Shown here in pieces: positions 26,514-34,168 of a stretch of DNA of 64,000 bases. The DNA is from a virus (lineage: Duplodnaviria > Heunggongvirae > Uroviricota > Caudoviricetes), in IMG/VR virus record IMGVR_UViG_3300037882_000610, positions 17,576 to 81,575 of that record; one strand, 5' to 3'. Position 1 is the stretch's first letter, and every line of letters starts with the position of its first letter. The notes under the pieces are model-generated. The model was not told the DNA's origin, made no database searches, and was given only the letters and a program-made list of their open reading frames with translations. Made by a program: the position numbers and the translations under genes.

Positions 26514-28763
26514 ATGGCTACTACACAACTAGACATCAAGGGCGTGTTCGACAAGGACACAGGCCAACTGACTGGCTTCGCCTCACCTATGTCCCCTGAG
26601 ATTCCTCTCACATCCTTGGTGTCAGGGGCTCGGATTGTCGTCCTCCAGCCCGGTCGGTCGGCTGCGGCGGCAAACTGGGCGGCGATTGACGAGGCGCTGG
26701 CCGCTGCGCACACAGCTGGCCTTGCTGCCAAGGCCATGCAGTCTGTCGCTGTCTGGGGGCCTGGTGTGTTCTGGGTCGCCGGCCAAATCCGCGTCGGCAG
26801 CTGGACGAATCTGATCGTCGGTGATGGCGTGATCCTGCGCCGGGCGTGGACTGGTACAACCGAGAACGGCACGTTCCTGCGGAACCGGAACCAGCCGGCC
26901 AGCAACGCCGACACGACGACCGGAGACGTGAACGTCAAGGTGACGTGCTACGGCGAGTTCGACTGCAACTGCTACGACCCTACCGCAGTGTTCGGTCCCG
27001 GCTACTACTGGGACGGCATGCAGTGGATCTCGGTGGAGGGCCTGGGGCTCGACCCGATCCGCATCACGAATCCGGTCAAGACCCACGGGCGTTTGGCGAA
27101 GGTGAGCAACGCGCGCATCTACAACTACACGGTCGAGTACGACACGGCCGGCGTCTACACGCCCAACAACGGCAAGGACTTTTTGTTCATCGCCGGAAAC
27201 TGCCGCAACATCCACGTCAAGGGCGTCACCGGCCGCTCCAACGACGACGGCATCACTTGCAATACAGCCGACGTGCCTACGTGGTCGATCCCGTTTGCCG
27301 TCGGCCACATCAGCGACATCCTCGTCGAGGACGTGGACATCAACACGCGCGCACCAGGGCCTGGCGGCGCCACGCTGGCGCTTTATGCAGAGTGCTGGCT
27401 TGATGAAGCCAGCGGCCTCGGTGCCGGCAACGTCGATCCGTTCCTGGGCAACAAACCGGCAATCGCCTTCATCACGCAGTCGGCCGGCGTCGCAACGGTG
27501 ACGACCGACATCCCGCACAAGCTCAACGTCGGGTCTCGCGTCCAGATCAGCGGCGCCAACCCCTCGGGCTACAACACGACCGGATTTGGCTACCAGAACG
27601 GCTGGGCGGATGTCCACGCCGTGCCGTCCGCGACGACGTTTGAATATTTCGTGCAGAACACGACGGGCGCCTATGTGGGCAGCGCCGCGCTGCTGATTTC
27701 GTGGGATCTGAAAAACGTCGTGTACCGCAACGTGCGCGGCGTTGTCGGCACGAAGTTGAACACCTTCCGCAATCGCGGAGGCGTGGCTCGAAACGTCCGC
27801 TACGAGAACGTGCGCAGCAGCTCGTCCGCTAACGCGGCGGAGAGCATGATCGGCCTGAGCGGAACGACGGTGGTCAACCTCACGGTCGGGGATTGCGCGC
27901 CCGACACAAATGAGTGGGTCGGCCTCTTTGGCATGATCAACGGCGCCTATCTGGGCGGCGTGACCCGGTTCCTGGGCGGCGCAACGGCTTCGACTTTCCG
28001 CTCTCACTCGCCGAGCGGCCTGTGCTACATCGACGTGTCGCTGGGCGCCGAGCATGTTGTCGTCGAGGGCTACCATTTCCGGCAGGGCTTGGAGTCGGGC
28101 GACACCACAAAGTCGATCATCCGTATCGGCTCCGCCGTCAGGATGCTGACGGTCCGTGACTCGCGCTACTACTCTCCTCGCTCGGTCGGTGGGCGGTTTA
28201 TCCGGGCTGAGGGCGGTGATGCCTCGGACCAGATCATCAACATCGACGGCTGCGTGATCGGCGGCGACGGCTCGACCGGAGACGGTGGCGTGCTGCTGAT
28301 CCAGCCCACCACGACCGGCTCCGGGAAGCTGATCCTGAACCTGCAGAACACGCACTTTACTGGCGCTTTCAACTCGGCCATTGGTACGGTGGGCGGCCTG
28401 AATCTGCAGGTCAACGTGGACCGCGTGACGCTCAACAGCCTGACGAACGGTCTGCTGTATTTCTCGAATGCGAACTCCAACGTCGAGCTGAACGTCGGCG
28501 CCATCAACTACAACGGCCAGGCGTTGATGGCGGCGTCGCAGCCGTCGTGGACTGGCGGCGGCCTGACGGTGCGCGGCCTCAATGCCCGCATTGACATCGC
28601 CAAAGCGTTGCGCGCGGACGGCGCGGTCCTCTACAACACCAACGCGGCGGCCAACAACGGCACGGATGGTGCTGTGCCTGCTGGCCTGTACTTCTGCACC
28701 GGCACCGCGTCGGGCTCCTGGAAGCTCGCCGGCTCGACGGGCGGCGCGAACAAGCAGTATTGA
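26514..28763 (+). CDS. right-handed beta-helix protein (pectate-lyase-3 / tailspike / polysaccharide depolymerase-like), on high-GC island
   Basis: 749 aa; NCRNIHVKGVTGRSNDDGI, NxxG/VxxV parallel beta-helix rungs. Local GC about 65-68% versus about 50-55% elsewhere; a 719-aa shadow ORF lies on the opposite strand. Confidence 0.55.
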   Translation: MATTQLDIKGVFDKDTGQLTGFASPMSPEIPLTSLVSGARIVVLQPGRSAAAANWAAIDEALAAAHTAGLAAKAMQSVAVWGPGVFWVAGQIRVGSWTNLIVGDGVILRRAWTGTTENGTFLRNRNQPASNADTTTGDVNVKVTCYGEFDCNCYDPTAVFGPGYYWDGMQWISVEGLGLDPIRITNPVKTHGRLAKVSNARIYNYTVEYDTAGVYTPNNGKDFLFIAGNCRNIHVKGVTGRSNDDGITCNTADVPTWSIPFAVGHISDILVEDVDINTRAPGPGGATLALYAECWLDEASGLGAGNVDPFLGNKPAIAFITQSAGVATVTTDIPHKLNVGSRVQISGANPSGYNTTGFGYQNGWADVHAVPSATTFEYFVQNTTGAYVGSAALLISWDLKNVVYRNVRGVVGTKLNTFRNRGGVARNVRYENVRSSSSANAAESMIGLSGTTVVNLTVGDCAPDTNEWVGLFGMINGAYLGGVTRFLGGATASTFRSHSPSGLCYIDVSLGAEHVVVEGYHFRQGLESGDTTKSIIRIGSAVRMLTVRDSRYYSPRSVGGRFIRAEGGDASDQIINIDGCVIGGDGSTGDGGVLLIQPTTTGSGKLILNLQNTHFTGAFNSAIGTVGGLNLQVNVDRVTLNSLTNGLLYFSNANSNVELNVGAINYNGQALMAASQPSWTGGGLTVRGLNARIDIAKALRADGAVLYNTNAAANNGTDGAVPAGLYFCTGTASGSWKLAGSTGGANKQY

Positions 28764-28819
28764 TTCCCGCCCACATGCCACGAATCCCGAACCAGACAGA
28801 AGGTCGCACCCAGCCCGCG

Positions 28820-29314
28820 CTACTTCGTCGGGTGCGGCGGCGAGACGGAAGGTGGCGGAGCGCCTATCAGCTGATCAATCAGGCGATTCCCATCCAACTT
28901 CACATCCAAGGTGCAGCTGTTGATCGCGGCAAGAATGATGGCGAGAAGCGCGGCGTACAGGCCTGTTCGAGAGTTTGCTCGCACCAGCTTGCCGAACTCC
29001 GGATCAATCTTCTCTACCGCTTTCGCGAGGGTTTCTGGGTCCGCGTGTCTGGCACCTGCCTCCCTGATTGCCGCCGCAAAAGCTTGAAGCATCTCTCTCG
29101 TGACGTTAGAAGCAGAGATGACGGTAGCCACTTGGTTCGCCACATTGAAGACGCCTTCGGCGGCGTACGCAAGTCCGCCGCAATGCGGGCATCGGTCCTC
29201 AACGTTCTTGATGGTGAGCCCCACGACGGTGATTCCGCCTCCGACGGAGATGGCCTGGGTAGGGAATATGGCGCCGCACACGGTGCAGGCGGCAGGAAGC
29301 GGTGTATTGCTCAT
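28820..29314 (-). CDS. hypothetical zinc-ribbon protein with C-terminal TM helix
   Basis: CTVCG...CPHCGG plus LYAALLAIILAAI; inside GC-rich island. Confidence 0.3.
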   Translation of the reverse strand: MSNTPLPAACTVCGAIFPTQAISVGGGITVVGLTIKNVEDRCPHCGGLAYAAEGVFNVANQVATVISASNVTREMLQAFAAAIREAGARHADPETLAKAVEKIDPEFGKLVRANSRTGLYAALLAIILAAINSCTLDVKLDGNRLIDQLIGAPPPSVSPPHPTK

Positions 29315-29340
29315 TTATCTCTCCCCTTAAAAATCAGACT

Positions 29341-29460
29341 AGGAGTCCAGCCATGAACACCAAGGATAAGGTTTTCCTGCACGGCATCTTCGCGCTCGGC
29401 GCTTTCGCGGGCGGCATCGGTACCTGCGGCGCCTTTCTTCTGCTTGCTTGGCTTCGCTGA
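29341..29460 (+). CDS. small hydrophobic peptide (39 aa), putative
   Basis: MNTKDKVFLHGIFALGAFAGGIGTCGAFLLLAWLR read from sequence; not in ORF track (<60 aa). Confidence 0.2.
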   Translation, partial: RSPAMNTKDKVFLHGIFALGAFAGGIGTCGAFLLLAWLR

Positions 29461-29492
29461 TTGCCACGCCCTGCCGGTAGCTGCGGGAATTC

Positions 29493-30494
29493 TCAGGAAT
29501 GAGAGTTCTCTACGGCTTTCCAGTCTGCGTCTGTCAGCCCTCTGTCGTTAAGGTAGAGGGCTGTCATCTCAGCATGCTTATGTCCTAAGAGAGTTTGAAC
29601 CACTTCTGGCTTCATTTTCTCTGCGATGTAGGTGCGTGCAGACAGGGATCGGCATTCGTGAAGGCTGGGCCACTCGAACTGCTTGTAGGCCTCAGGTCCG
29701 CAGACAGCTACGATGTGCTCACGGAATCTCGCGCTTAGCGATGACATCTCGATAGGCTTGCCATTCTTCTTGCGAAGAAGCGTAGGCCCTTCGGCTCCGA
29801 TGTCTTTGCAGAGTTCTATGATTTCACCAAGCGTGATGCCAATTGCTTCAAGCTTCAAGTCAAGTGGGATAGCTACTCGGGCTCCGACTAGCTTCCTAGC
29901 TTTCTTCTGTTGTTCGATTCGCAAATGACCGTCCACAACATCCTCGAACTTCATCTTCACTAAGTCACCTCTACGTTGACCTGTAGCTAGAGCAAGTAAG
30001 AGCATGGCTGGCACCCACCGTTGAGGGCCAGACAATGCAAGGTGATACATAGCTTGCCACGTCTCCAAGGTCAGGCGTTTCCTAAGGCCTGGGGCTGCGG
30101 GAGTTTTGACGTGTGCCGCTGGGTTGTTATCTGCGATACCGTTGGCTATAGCCTCAACATATACATCTTTCAACTCAGATAAGACTCGTCCTGCTGAATG
30201 GGGAGAAAAAGTCTTCAGTTGTGTGGCAATCTCGAACGGCTTGATGGCTCGTAGTGGTCTGTCACCCAAGATACGTTGGATATGTCTGATAGAGCATCCA
30301 CGATTCTTGAGAGTCTGTTGGTGATAGCCTCGTTCAGAGACGATCCTCTGGAAGGTTTCTAACCACTCTGACATGGTTGGGCCTTCAGGGACGACCTGAG
30401 TTGGCGCAGGGGTTTGCGCTACTGGAGGGACGGACGAAGCTGCAATAAGTTGCCGAGCTTGCTTCAAAAGCTTTTTGAGTTTCTTCTTTTTCAT
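29493..30494 (-). CDS. int: tyrosine integrase / site-specific recombinase
   Basis: R (LATGQRRGDL), HxxR (HECRSLSAR), catalytic Y (TALYLNDRG); 333 aa. Confidence 0.8.
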   Translation of the reverse strand: MKKKKLKKLLKQARQLIAASSVPPVAQTPAPTQVVPEGPTMSEWLETFQRIVSERGYHQQTLKNRGCSIRHIQRILGDRPLRAIKPFEIATQLKTFSPHSAGRVLSELKDVYVEAIANGIADNNPAAHVKTPAAPGLRKRLTLETWQAMYHLALSGPQRWVPAMLLLALATGQRRGDLVKMKFEDVVDGHLRIEQQKKARKLVGARVAIPLDLKLEAIGITLGEIIELCKDIGAEGPTLLRKKNGKPIEMSSLSARFREHIVAVCGPEAYKQFEWPSLHECRSLSARTYIAEKMKPEVVQTLLGHKHAEMTALYLNDRGLTDADWKAVENSHS

Positions 30495-30585
30495 GCCGCT
30501 ATCCTAACGGCTCAACTTCAACGTAGGGATGGACAACCGCTCAAGTAAGCGGCCCATGTTTGCGTGCCCTCAATTAAGGGATCAA

Positions 30586-31110
30586 ATGGACTTCACATCA
30601 ATCGTAAAGACTGTAGCGCCTTGGATCGGTACAGCACTAGGCGGGCCTCTAGGAGGCATCGCTGTAGAAATGGCTACCAAGGCCTTGGGCGTGTCAGATA
30701 AAACGACTGAGGGGCTTAAAGCAGCCCTTGCCGGGGCCACTGCTGCGGATATGCTTGCCTTGAAGAAGGCAGATCAAGATTTTCAGACTCAAATGACTGA
30801 GCTGGGATTCAAAAATCAAGCGGACCTTGAGGGCATCGCCGCCAATGATCGGGCGTCAGCTCGTGACATGCAGAAGAGCATCCGCTCTTGGGTGCCTTCA
30901 GCCCTCTCAATCCTCATCGTCTCTGGCTTCTTCGTTTTGCTTGGCGGGATGATGACGGGCTGGCTAACAATCTCTGAGAGCCAAGCCTTGCTGTTGATGC
31001 TAGGCTCTCTCACGACAGGATTTGGTGTGGTGATGTCTTATTGGTTTGGAAGTACCAGTGGCAGCTCTGAAAAGACAGCCCTGCTGGCTAAGGCCTCACC
31101 AATCAAGTGA
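30586..31110 (+). CDS. holin-like membrane protein (3-TM, GTA-holin-like)
   Basis: Internal ATG 30586 with RBS AAGGGA. Motif ADLEGIAANDRASARDMQK then two TM helices. Confidence 0.35.
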   Translation: MDFTSIVKTVAPWIGTALGGPLGGIAVEMATKALGVSDKTTEGLKAALAGATAADMLALKKADQDFQTQMTELGFKNQADLEGIAANDRASARDMQKSIRSWVPSALSILIVSGFFVLLGGMMTGWLTISESQALLLMLGSLTTGFGVVMSYWFGSTSGSSEKTALLAKASPIK

Positions 31111-31580
31111 AGCCCGCCGATTGTTGCCCTGAGAAGCCTGTCCTGGCAAAAGGGCTTTGCAAACTATGCTACAGTAGAAGTCGATCAGACTATTTCAAAG
31201 CGTACAAGAAAGAGAACCCCACGACGAATGAGTCTTGGCAGATTCGTAAACATGATCCTGTGCAAAAAGACAGGGACGTTCAGACGTGGAAATGGAAGGC
31301 TCTGAAAAGGAACTACGGTCTGGGGAAAGACGAGTATTTGGCAATATTGGCAGAACAAAATTATGCTTGCAAGATATGCCAGAGACAGTTCTCAGAACTG
31401 ATTACCAGTAAGAAGCGTACACCAGAGAACGTAGACCATTGCCACACTTCAGGGCATGTTCGGGGAATTCTCTGCCATAACTGCAACGCAGGGCTAGGGC
31501 ACTTCAAAGACGATCCTAGTGCTATGCGAGCTGCCGCTCTGTACATAGAAACGACAAAAGCTCCTCAGACATCAGCCTGA
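31107..31580 (+). CDS. endonuclease VII (T4 gp49-like Holliday junction resolvase)
   Basis: CKLCY...ACKICQ...VDHCHTSGHVRGILCHNCNAGLGHF. Confidence 0.75.
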   Translation: MKPADCCPEKPVLAKGLCKLCYSRSRSDYFKAYKKENPTTNESWQIRKHDPVQKDRDVQTWKWKALKRNYGLGKDEYLAILAEQNYACKICQRQFSELITSKKRTPENVDHCHTSGHVRGILCHNCNAGLGHFKDDPSAMRAAALYIETTKAPQTSA

Positions 31581-31624
31581 GGAGCTTCACATTCAAATAT
31601 CAGCGCCTGTGGTAAGGCTCTTTG

Positions 31625-31652
31625 GCTCCTCCCGAAAGGGAGGGGCTTTTTT
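31625..31652 (+). terminator. rho-independent terminator at end of + strand block
   Basis: ggctcctccc-gaaa-gggaggggc then TTTTTT. Confidence 0.6.
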
Positions 31653-31812
31653 CATGGCTGCTTGTTTTCAATCGCCACGACAATCTCAGAAACTACAGGA
31701 TCAATAGCTTCCAGACTGTGTGCACGGCAGGCCCAGATTCCCATCTCGCCTTTGGGATTTTGTCTGAACAAGGCTAGGCCCTCAGACATTCCCTTGCCGC
31801 AAATCATACAGC

Positions 31813-32046
31813 TCATTGGTCAATCGCGTAATGGATGACTCGGACAGTTTCCATGTTGATGAACAACGGCACGTTTGCACCTCCAACGCCTGTAGCGTCG
31901 ATAGTGCCGTCAGTGTCAAACTTGAACTTGGTGAGTCCCTTGAACACAGAGGGCACCGTGTACTTGTCGTTGTACTCAACCATGACCGTCATAGTTCTTG
32001 CCTCAGTCACTTGAGGCGCCTGCTGCAATTTCAGGAGGCACAGCAT
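31813..32046 (-). CDS. hypothetical small protein
   Basis: ORF track; likely starts at internal MTVMVEYNDKY. Confidence 0.3.
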   Translation of the reverse strand: MLCLLKLQQAPQVTEARTMTVMVEYNDKYTVPSVFKGLTKFKFDTDGTIDATGVGGANVPLFINMETVRVIHYAIDQ

Positions 32047-32329
32047 CGTCCAGCGCCTGGAATGTCGTCGCTAGTTCCTTGGCCTTCTCAGTCTCGTCCT
32101 TGTAACGAGCCTTGAGCCACTTTGACATGATTGCCTTTGGGATGCCAGACGTTTCTTCAATCGTCTCCAGCACGCCCTTGAACCCAGCCTTGGCTTCAGT
32201 CTCAGTCTTCAGGTAGCCGAATGCTTCGTCCTTGTAGCCCTTCAGAACGTCAGGGTGGATGTTCTTCACGCCATCAGGCGTAGGAATGCCCACCAATTCG
32301 TGTGTGCTGCTTGTGTCTTCAGTTGTCAA
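32003..32329 (-). CDS. hypothetical acidic protein (108 aa)
   Basis: TTG start preceded by AAGGAGA. Confidence 0.4.
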   Translation of the reverse strand: MTTEDTSSTHELVGIPTPDGVKNIHPDVLKGYKDEAFGYLKTETEAKAGFKGVLETIEETSGIPKAIMSKWLKARYKDETEKAKELATTFQALDDAVPPEIAAGASSD

Positions 32330-32493
32330 TCATTCTCCTTGTTTGTAGGGCTTCCCAATTTTGCACTCACCGGGAAGTCGGGGTGAGGTTGTCGTACACG
32401 CTTCACGAACGCAGGGTCATGGCCGTACACCATCACATGGAAGGAAGCGTAGCCTGGGTCAGGTGTGTAGGTGCTCTCTTGGACGAGATTCAT
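32326..32493 (-). CDS. hypothetical small protein (55 aa)
   Basis: Read from sequence: MNLVQESTYTPDPGYASFHVMVYGHDPAFVKRVRQPHPDFPVSAKLGSPTNKEND. ATGA overlap with upstream gene. Confidence 0.25.
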   Translation of the reverse strand: MNLVQESTYTPDPGYASFHVMVYGHDPAFVKRVRQPHPDFPVSAKLGSPTNKEND

Positions 32494-32618
32494 CACTTGG
32501 CCTTGCGCAGCTTCTTCTTGCTGGCGACTGTCTTCAGTCGATCTTTGGCGTTGGTACGCTGGTTCTTGTTGTGGGCGGCGGCAGCCTTGGGGTCAGATTC
32601 ACGGTCGCGGAAGTACAT
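32493..32618 (-). CDS. hypothetical small highly basic protein (41 aa)
   Basis: MYFRDRESDPKAAAAHNKNQRTNAKDRLKTVASKKKLRKAK; RBS AAGGAGA 7 nt upstream. Confidence 0.3.
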   Translation of the reverse strand: MYFRDRESDPKAAAAHNKNQRTNAKDRLKTVASKKKLRKAK

Positions 32619-32627
32619 GGGTTCTCC

Positions 32628-32873
32628 TTACTTGAGGATGTTGCTGAGTTGGTTGAGAGCCTTGTAGAGGGCGTCGAACTTGGCCTTCTGTTCGGGAGTC
32701 AGGAAGCTGGAGTCTGAGGGCTCTCCGTCGAAGTCTCCCGCGATGTATAGGGCTACGGCGGGGACATTGGATGTCAGGTCGGTGAGCGCGTCCAACTCAC
32801 TCTGGTTCTCAAGCGTGAGAGTGAGGACTACAGGCTGGAAGCCTTGGACTTGAACTACTTTTTGTACTTTCAT
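32628..32873 (-). CDS. hypothetical protein (81 aa)
   Basis: ORF track; RBS present. Confidence 0.4.
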   Translation of the reverse strand: MKVQKVVQVQGFQPVVLTLTLENQSELDALTDLTSNVPAVALYIAGDFDGEPSDSSFLTPEQKAKFDALYKALNQLSNILK

Positions 32874-32927
32874 AAGCTCCTTTGTTTGATTGCTTCTAGT
32901 GTAGCACAGAATTCTCAGTGTTGAGAA

Positions 32928-33293
32928 TCAGCGCTTGCGTTTGTCTTGTTCGATGGTTGCAGTCAGCTCGGCGATCAGAGCTTCCACCATCTTGATTCGG
33001 TCTGGAGTGCGCCCTCCACGGTGAGGACAGGCAACGCGGCGGACTTCCCAGTCCTTGGCTACAGAACCTCGCACATCTGACAGGGTACTCCAGATGCTGT
33101 ACGCATGGATGTTGGAGGCAAGTGTGACTTTCGGATGTCGTGATGCGTAGTTGCACAAGCCACTGTATCCCGGCTCAGGGGTGGTTAGGTAGTCCTTGGA
33201 TGCAGCAACGTAAGCCTCCACATCTGCACGAGTGAGTTTTGCACTGGCGCCATTGTAGGCCTTGTGTGCTTTGCGAAGGGTCTTCATTTGCAT
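32928..33293 (-). CDS. hypothetical protein (121 aa)
   Basis: ORF track; RBS GGAGAG. Confidence 0.4.
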   Translation of the reverse strand: MQMKTLRKAHKAYNGASAKLTRADVEAYVAASKDYLTTPEPGYSGLCNYASRHPKVTLASNIHAYSIWSTLSDVRGSVAKDWEVRRVACPHRGGRTPDRIKMVEALIAELTATIEQDKRKR

Positions 33294-33302
33294 GGGATGC
33301 TC

Positions 33303-33333
33303 TCCAAAAAGAAAAGCCGCCCCGAAGGGCGGC
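33303..33333 (-). terminator. rho-independent terminator (- strand) after nrdH
   Basis: 8-bp stem agccgccc-cgaa-gggcggct; on - strand followed by TTTCTTTTT. Confidence 0.6.
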
Positions 33334-33344
33334 TCGGGTAGATG

Positions 33345-33545
33345 TCAGAGACTGTTCAGGTCTGTAACGTGAATGTCGCCATTGTACACGACAGGAAGAC
33401 TTCGGTGTTGCTTCTCAACCACAAAATCCATTGCTGTCAGGTCTTCGTCAATGTTCTTTGCGACGAAGGGCAAATTCTTAGAATTGAGAAAAGCCTTAGC
33501 TCGTGTACAAGCTGGGCAGTTGTTCTTTGTGTAGATTGTAATCAA
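33345..33545 (-). CDS. nrdH: glutaredoxin-like protein NrdH
   Basis: 66 aa, CPAC redox motif near N-terminus; adjacent to RNR genes. Confidence 0.7.
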   Translation of the reverse strand: MITIYTKNNCPACTRAKAFLNSKNLPFVAKNIDEDLTAMDFVVEKQHRSLPVVYNGDIHVTDLNSL

Positions 33546-34108
33546 GTTCCGTGCCTCTCTGTGTAGCCTGCACCTTGCAGGTTGAGTTGTTCAATCATTG
33601 CCTTCCTGTATTTCACAGCCGCCGCAAAGGCTGGTAGAAGCCCCAGCTTGGAAATCGAAAAGCATTTCTGAGATGGCAATCTTTTGGTTGGATTCTTCCA
33701 AAAGGCTGTCCAATAGTAGTTCCCACTTTTTCCGTTGCTTGTACACGACACGCCAGTCACACCGGATGAGTTTGTTACCTGCTTCTTCTTGTTACGGCAA
33801 TTCACCTCGAAAGGTATAACGCGAAGGTTAGTAATGCAGTTGTTGTGGGAGTCGCCGTCTATGTGATCTACAGTCCCATTAGGAAGGCCATGAAATAGCT
33901 TCCAGATTATGATGTGGATAGGATAATCGCACATCTCCAACATCACGTGGGCGTAGCGTTTTTTCTTTTTACTCCCCGCCACACTACCGGCTGGGAGACG
34001 GACGTAGCCAACGCCACGTCCGTTTATCACGTCATGTTTCCATCTCAAAAACGTGGGGCTAGTCTCGTCGTAGTAGAAATGAGCGTGCCAATCAATTTCA
34101 TCTTGCAT
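33542..34108 (-). CDS. HNH-AP2 homing endonuclease (paralog family 1 of 4)
   Basis: YYDETSPTFLRW...VDHIDGDSHNNCITNLR (HNH) plus SSGVTGVS...YWTAFW (AP2-like). Start moved to internal Met because the promoter -10 lies downstream of the ORF-track ATG. Confidence 0.65.
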   Translation of the reverse strand: MQDEIDWHAHFYYDETSPTFLRWKHDVINGRGVGYVRLPAGSVAGSKKKKRYAHVMLEMCDYPIHIIIWKLFHGLPNGTVDHIDGDSHNNCITNLRVIPFEVNCRNKKKQVTNSSGVTGVSCTSNGKSGNYYWTAFWKNPTKRLPSQKCFSISKLGLLPAFAAAVKYRKAMIEQLNLQGAGYTERHGT

Positions 34109-34125
34109 GATGCCTCCAAAGCGAG

Positions 34126-34154
34126 ATTGTAGCATGAAGTTCTCGCTTTGTCAA
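34126..34154 (-). promoter_or_regulatory. consensus sigma70-type promoter (- strand) TTGACA-N17-TACAAT driving HNH-nrdH
   Basis: -35 at 34154..34149, -10 at 34131..34126. Followed by GGAGG and ATG at 34108. Confidence 0.55.
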
Positions 34155-34168
34155 GATAGAGTATTAAC

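Noticed and set aside
26622-28781. 719-aa ORF on - strand opposite the beta-helix gene
   Set aside because: Arg/Ala/Gly-rich low-complexity translation typical of a shadow ORF in high-GC DNA. The + strand product has coherent beta-helix repeats and a proper start context.
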